Below, one piece after another: positions 59,862 through 64,000 of a stretch of DNA of 64,000 bases; the stretch's first letter is position 1; each line of letters starts with the position of its first letter. The position numbers and the translations under genes are program-made. The DNA is from Balanoglossus misakiensis (Eukaryota; Animalia; Hemichordata): contig CM082586.2 of the NCBI GenBank assembly GCA_040954595.2, forward strand, positions 7,223,337 to 7,287,336, written 5' to 3'. Under the pieces are notes generated by a model, which saw only the letters and a program-made list of their open reading frames with translations, was not told the DNA's origin and did not search any database.

Positions 59862-61897
59862 TTCAGCTCCCGTCTACCACCTGCATATTTTAGATCATGT
59901 GTGCATCTCTCTGTATTTATGCATGTATGTTTTAGTGTTGTTGGTTTTTTTTCTTCTAAAAGCTGTATTGCAGCTGGTAGTGAATCTATTGGAAACACTC
60001 ACTAGATTTGTGTTCACACAACTCATTTGAATATTTAAAAAAAAAAAACGTTTGGAAGATTTTTAACTCGGGCTGCCTCAGCAGTGCTTGTGGACAGCAA
60101 TGTCTTCTGCCAAGAAGTCTGAATGATTTGATACAAAGCGTTTTCTTTAACAATTAGATTTTCGGGACAAAAATGATCAAGTGGGTGTTCTTTAGATGGT
60201 TTTCTGTTCATTGGAAGATCAGGATGGTCCATGTCACGTATGTTGTTTGTCCTGTGTCACATGACAGTGTCCTCCCACATAAACTGCCTAGCGAGGTCTT
60301 GCTGCACTGGGTCTGGCGGAGTTCGTATAATGGCCTTATGGAAACTCCTTCAGTCAGGGATAACATGCAACTGTCCAGCCGAGTGTTTACCCCGTTTTTA
60401 TCAAATGCTTTCTGGTGAAAAAGAAGTTATCATCCTCAACTGGTGTCTTCGTTACCTCAGATTTGTTTATGTGTTTCACAGAACATGAGCCTTTTCAGCT
60501 GTTGCTTGGAAACGAACAGCGATGCGTGTACTTGGCTGTTAGTGCATTGATGCAGGAAGACTTGGAAACTCATAACTGCATTCATGGTTGCTTTTCGTCC
60601 CGTTTCATCGTCGTCTGTGAGGATTATTTGCATCGGACCCAGTGGTCGGTATTTGCCCTGGCAATTACTCTTGAATCTCATAAAAATTCTCCCTATCACC
60701 ACCATGGTTTGACCCAAGTCCATTGTTTTCTATGGTAAATTTGGACCTCTATAGATGGAACTGGGGGTGAAAGGATTAAACAAAAATGGATGAAGTCAAA
60801 CTGAAGCCTGTCAATGATGGTGTCATGTTGTTTGCACAGCTACATGGGTTTCAGTAACTGACAAGATATTAAGATGACCTCAATTTTGTAAATGATAGGA
60901 CACACCTCAACCATAGGGACCTGAATTATAATTGTAACAAAATGGAAGACCATTTTAGAGGAAATTTTCACGTTTACTGGTTTCAGTTTGTATAAATGTA
61001 CTGTAACCATTAAGCTTATAATCTTATTTTATTCCATCTGATTTTTTTACTATTAAAACTATACATTCTAAATGAAGTGCACGATGTTGTCCATGTGCTT
61101 TTCGTTGGTTAACTGTTCAAAATTTCGAGCGTGCACATAGTGTCATGTGCGTACAAGCATTGTCGTCAAGCCGTGTTTTTGAAGAGACGATAAAATTGTA
61201 ATCAAATGGCAACATGCAATTTCCACAAAACGTTGACGGCATGAGTCTAGCGCCCTCATGCGGCCATCATGAATTCGAACTCAAAGCGAGGCCAGTTGGT
61301 GTAATTGGTCAACTATCCCCATTGGCCTCGCTCTCACGAGTTCAAATTCATGATACTGCTGCATTATGGTGCTAGACTTATGAATTACTATTTATTGAAA
61401 TAATGTAGCTCCTGGGGACCACAGGGGGCGTTGTCTTGCCTGTATCTCCAACTGCAGGGGTGCTGCCCATTCTCCATGATAGCTAGTTTTATGTCTTTGT
61501 TTTATATATACAGCGTCTTCTCTGGTATTTTCAATTTAGAATAATTCCATACTTGAAGCATATACCACCATACCTGGACCCTTTCAAGAGTTGCTGAAGC
61601 GGTAATTGACATTTGGGCTGAACACTGTCAGAAATTTCAGGAGGACAACTTGTGGGCAACTATGCACTGAGACAAACTAACACAAAAAAGACGAGTCGAA
61701 CAGAGTGGCTAAAACAACAGACACATTTTCGATTATGGGTGATTATGCCATTTTATTCATACGCTATTGAACTACTGTGTGCGACATGCATGCACATCCA
61801 TGCTAATCTATACATCAGGAAAAGAAATAGATCGAGGGTGTGTTTATGTTTCCAAAAAGACATCATCGTCATCATATTTCAATCGGTGTTGGTGGTG

Positions 61898-63964
61898 TTA
61901 TGTTCCCCCTAATTCCATCTCATGTCCTCTGATTTCAAGAATGAAGCAGTACGGATCTGAAAAGATGTGGAGAGAAAGATAAAACTTTTATTAAAAATAT
62001 CAAAATGAAAAGCATGATGATGCATCTAGCTTTTCTTTATGCGGTCTCGAATGTAAGTACAGTGCAAATTCGTTTGGGCCTGATAGGACATCTAGTTTTA
62101 GCTGCAGATCAGTAGCGGTCTGGTTTTGCCGTCTGCCATTCTCCATACAGAGATAGTCTCGGTTACCCAGACCCCTCTGCTTCTGTCCAGAGTGCCAAAC
62201 GGAAGAAGCAGAGGGGTCTGGGTAACCGAGACCAGCGCGCTGCAATCTCTGTACGGAGAATGGTCGTCTACCACACAGACCAAGGCAACACCTCGAGCTA
62301 CTGAACTGCAGCACCCCAAGTTAGTGAAAATGTTCCAAGAAACGTTCCTACTTTATTGTATTTTTGATGATATTCATCACGTACCTGGAATTTCACAGAC
62401 GAAGCCCTTTGGTCTGGCGTCACAGTACTCGTCATCCCACAAACCATCGTGTCCAAATCGATACCTGTAAGACATCAACAGGTGGCATTACTACGATTGC
62501 TACAGCTGATTGGTTCACTCGACCAGGACAGGTGTTATATAAGAATATTCTTTTATAAGAATATTGATCACATTTTAGCCCATAGACAATAAACAAAGAC
62601 CAAATTATCTGCGATAAGTATGTACATGTATTCCTTCCTTAAATAACAACAACAACTTTATAACAACACATTTCGGGAAGTGTGGTAGAGCAAACACAAT
62701 CAATTATAATGAACCTCTTACCACAACTGAACGCAGTCTTGTCCGCCCGTGCCCTTGTTGACGTTGTTGTTAGGTTCACCGGGAGCCCAGCCCGTGACGT
62801 CGTCTTGACACAGTGCGTTGCCATCACCCCAGATAAAACTACCCTCTTGGAGTTGATCAGACAAACCAATCCAGAATCCATGTTTGGTGATGCAGGGTGA
62901 TTGGTGGAAGTTCCTCGTCTTGATGAAGTTACGCACCTTGGCGTCGATGGTGCTATTTCTCAGAACGGCCAGCCGGCCCTTGGGTCCGTTTGGAACTACA
63001 GACAATTGATTACAGTGCGCTTCGGCGTTGCGGTAATACGGATGGTCGTCTTCAGGTTGCTGGCAGTACACGTCATACACCACACACTTACAATTGCCGT
63101 CCTCGTGTACGACGAGTCCTCCTGTACACAGTAACAGAATCAAGTAAGAAGTACATTTCGATCATCGTTGAGAGATTGACAAGAAAAGTATTTACACAGA
63201 TTAGCCACCAGTCTCATTGTAGCGTACTGTCATAAAAACACGAACTGTGAAAATATTAAAGATTCTTTCTTCTTATTACTTTCGTGTATATATATCTATT
63301 CCCCTATCATTTTCATGGGCTTGCAATGTTCATTGCGGGCTTTGAGATTGTTTAAAATGCAAAACTACCACCAACACCATACCATTACAATCATCCACTA
63401 CTTCTACTAATTAAAACCCCACGAGCTGCAACTCGATATTTTTTTTAATCGTTAAATATAGCTAAAATTAGTTCACTCGCCTGCGAAGTTGTATCGGCTC
63501 TACATAGCCATGGTCCAAGAGGATTTAGTAAAAAGTACAAAAAAAAACAATACCGTTTAAATGCAAATGGTGAAAAAGATAATGCCTGAACATAAATCTG
63601 CAGTCTGAAGGTTAGGTGTTCGCATGCAACTAGAGGGGCTCTTTTTTCTAGGGTGGTCGCCCTTGATGAGAATATGTCCTCCCATACCAGCACAAACCCC
63701 ACTGCAGTCGCCACGACCTACTATAGGATCTTCAGTTGCTGTCATTCCCAGTCTACGCTACGTTCATTCTAAGAATTGTCTTATTCGATGGATTTGTGGA
63801 GATGAATTGTAACGTTCACAAATAAACACACGCGGCGCGACGACCCCTTTGACTTTGATGTGAATTACATATATTTTATATATACTTACCGGGATCACAG
63901 CCTGTGCCTGAATACATTGCACGTAAATGCCACAGATGAGTAAAACAGTCAGCTTGGAATTCAT
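61898..63964 (-). CDS. Secreted C-type lectin domain protein (EPN motif, mannose/glucose/GlcNAc-type)
   Basis: Signal exon 63964-63890 (MNSKLTVLLICGIYVQCIQAQ). Exon 63121-62722: AEAHCN..GRLAVL..FWIGLSDQLQEGSFIWGDG..WAPGEPNN..QDCVQLW. Exon 62464-62385: WDDEYC..KGFVCE. Probable last exon 61956-61898. Confidence 0.85.
62154..62234. mobile_element. Miniature derivative of the 39102-39492 foldback element
   Basis: tagtctcggttacccagacccctctgcttc...gaagcagaggggtctgggtaaccgagacca. Confidence 0.7.
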
Positions 63965-64000
63965 TGTGGTCCGGTCGCTATGTGTATCTGAAAAAAACTA

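Noticed and set aside
63557-63745. Possible extra lectin exon (TEDPIVGRGDCSGVCA)
   Set aside because: It has a plausible phase-1 donor but no convincing polypyrimidine acceptor, so it was left out of the gene model.

Overview
Eukaryotic, intron-rich, AT-rich genomic DNA from an invertebrate animal. A marine deuterostome such as an acorn worm is plausible, but that is inference. There are no prokaryotic features. Seven coding units were assembled by hand from GT-AG exons with consistent phases: (1) a 3xCUB-LDLa-TM receptor with a PPxY-rich acidic tail (+, 4163-9055); (2) a paralogous TM + PPxY tail cassette just downstream (+, 11278-12738); (3) an intronless heparan sulfate 3-O-sulfotransferase-like ORF with degenerate PAPS/catalytic motifs (-, 14629-15786); (4) CHID1 (+, 17783-21928); (5) TDRD7-like with LOTUS-dsRBD-LOTUS-4xTudor (-, 23185-35329); (6) EXTL3 (+, 47854-58086); (7) a secreted EPN-type C-type lectin (-, ~61898-63964). 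Introns and UTRs carry at least seven families of non-autonomous DNA elements, including one nested insertion. The best candidates for novelty are the phase-compatible duplicated receptor tail, a duplicated TDRD7 splice acceptor that would yield a LOTUS-only protein, the TDRD7 dsRBD together with inverted MITEs in its own introns, and a probable pseudo-sulfotransferase. None is proven from sequence alone. Coordinates were counted by hand and may be off by a few bases.
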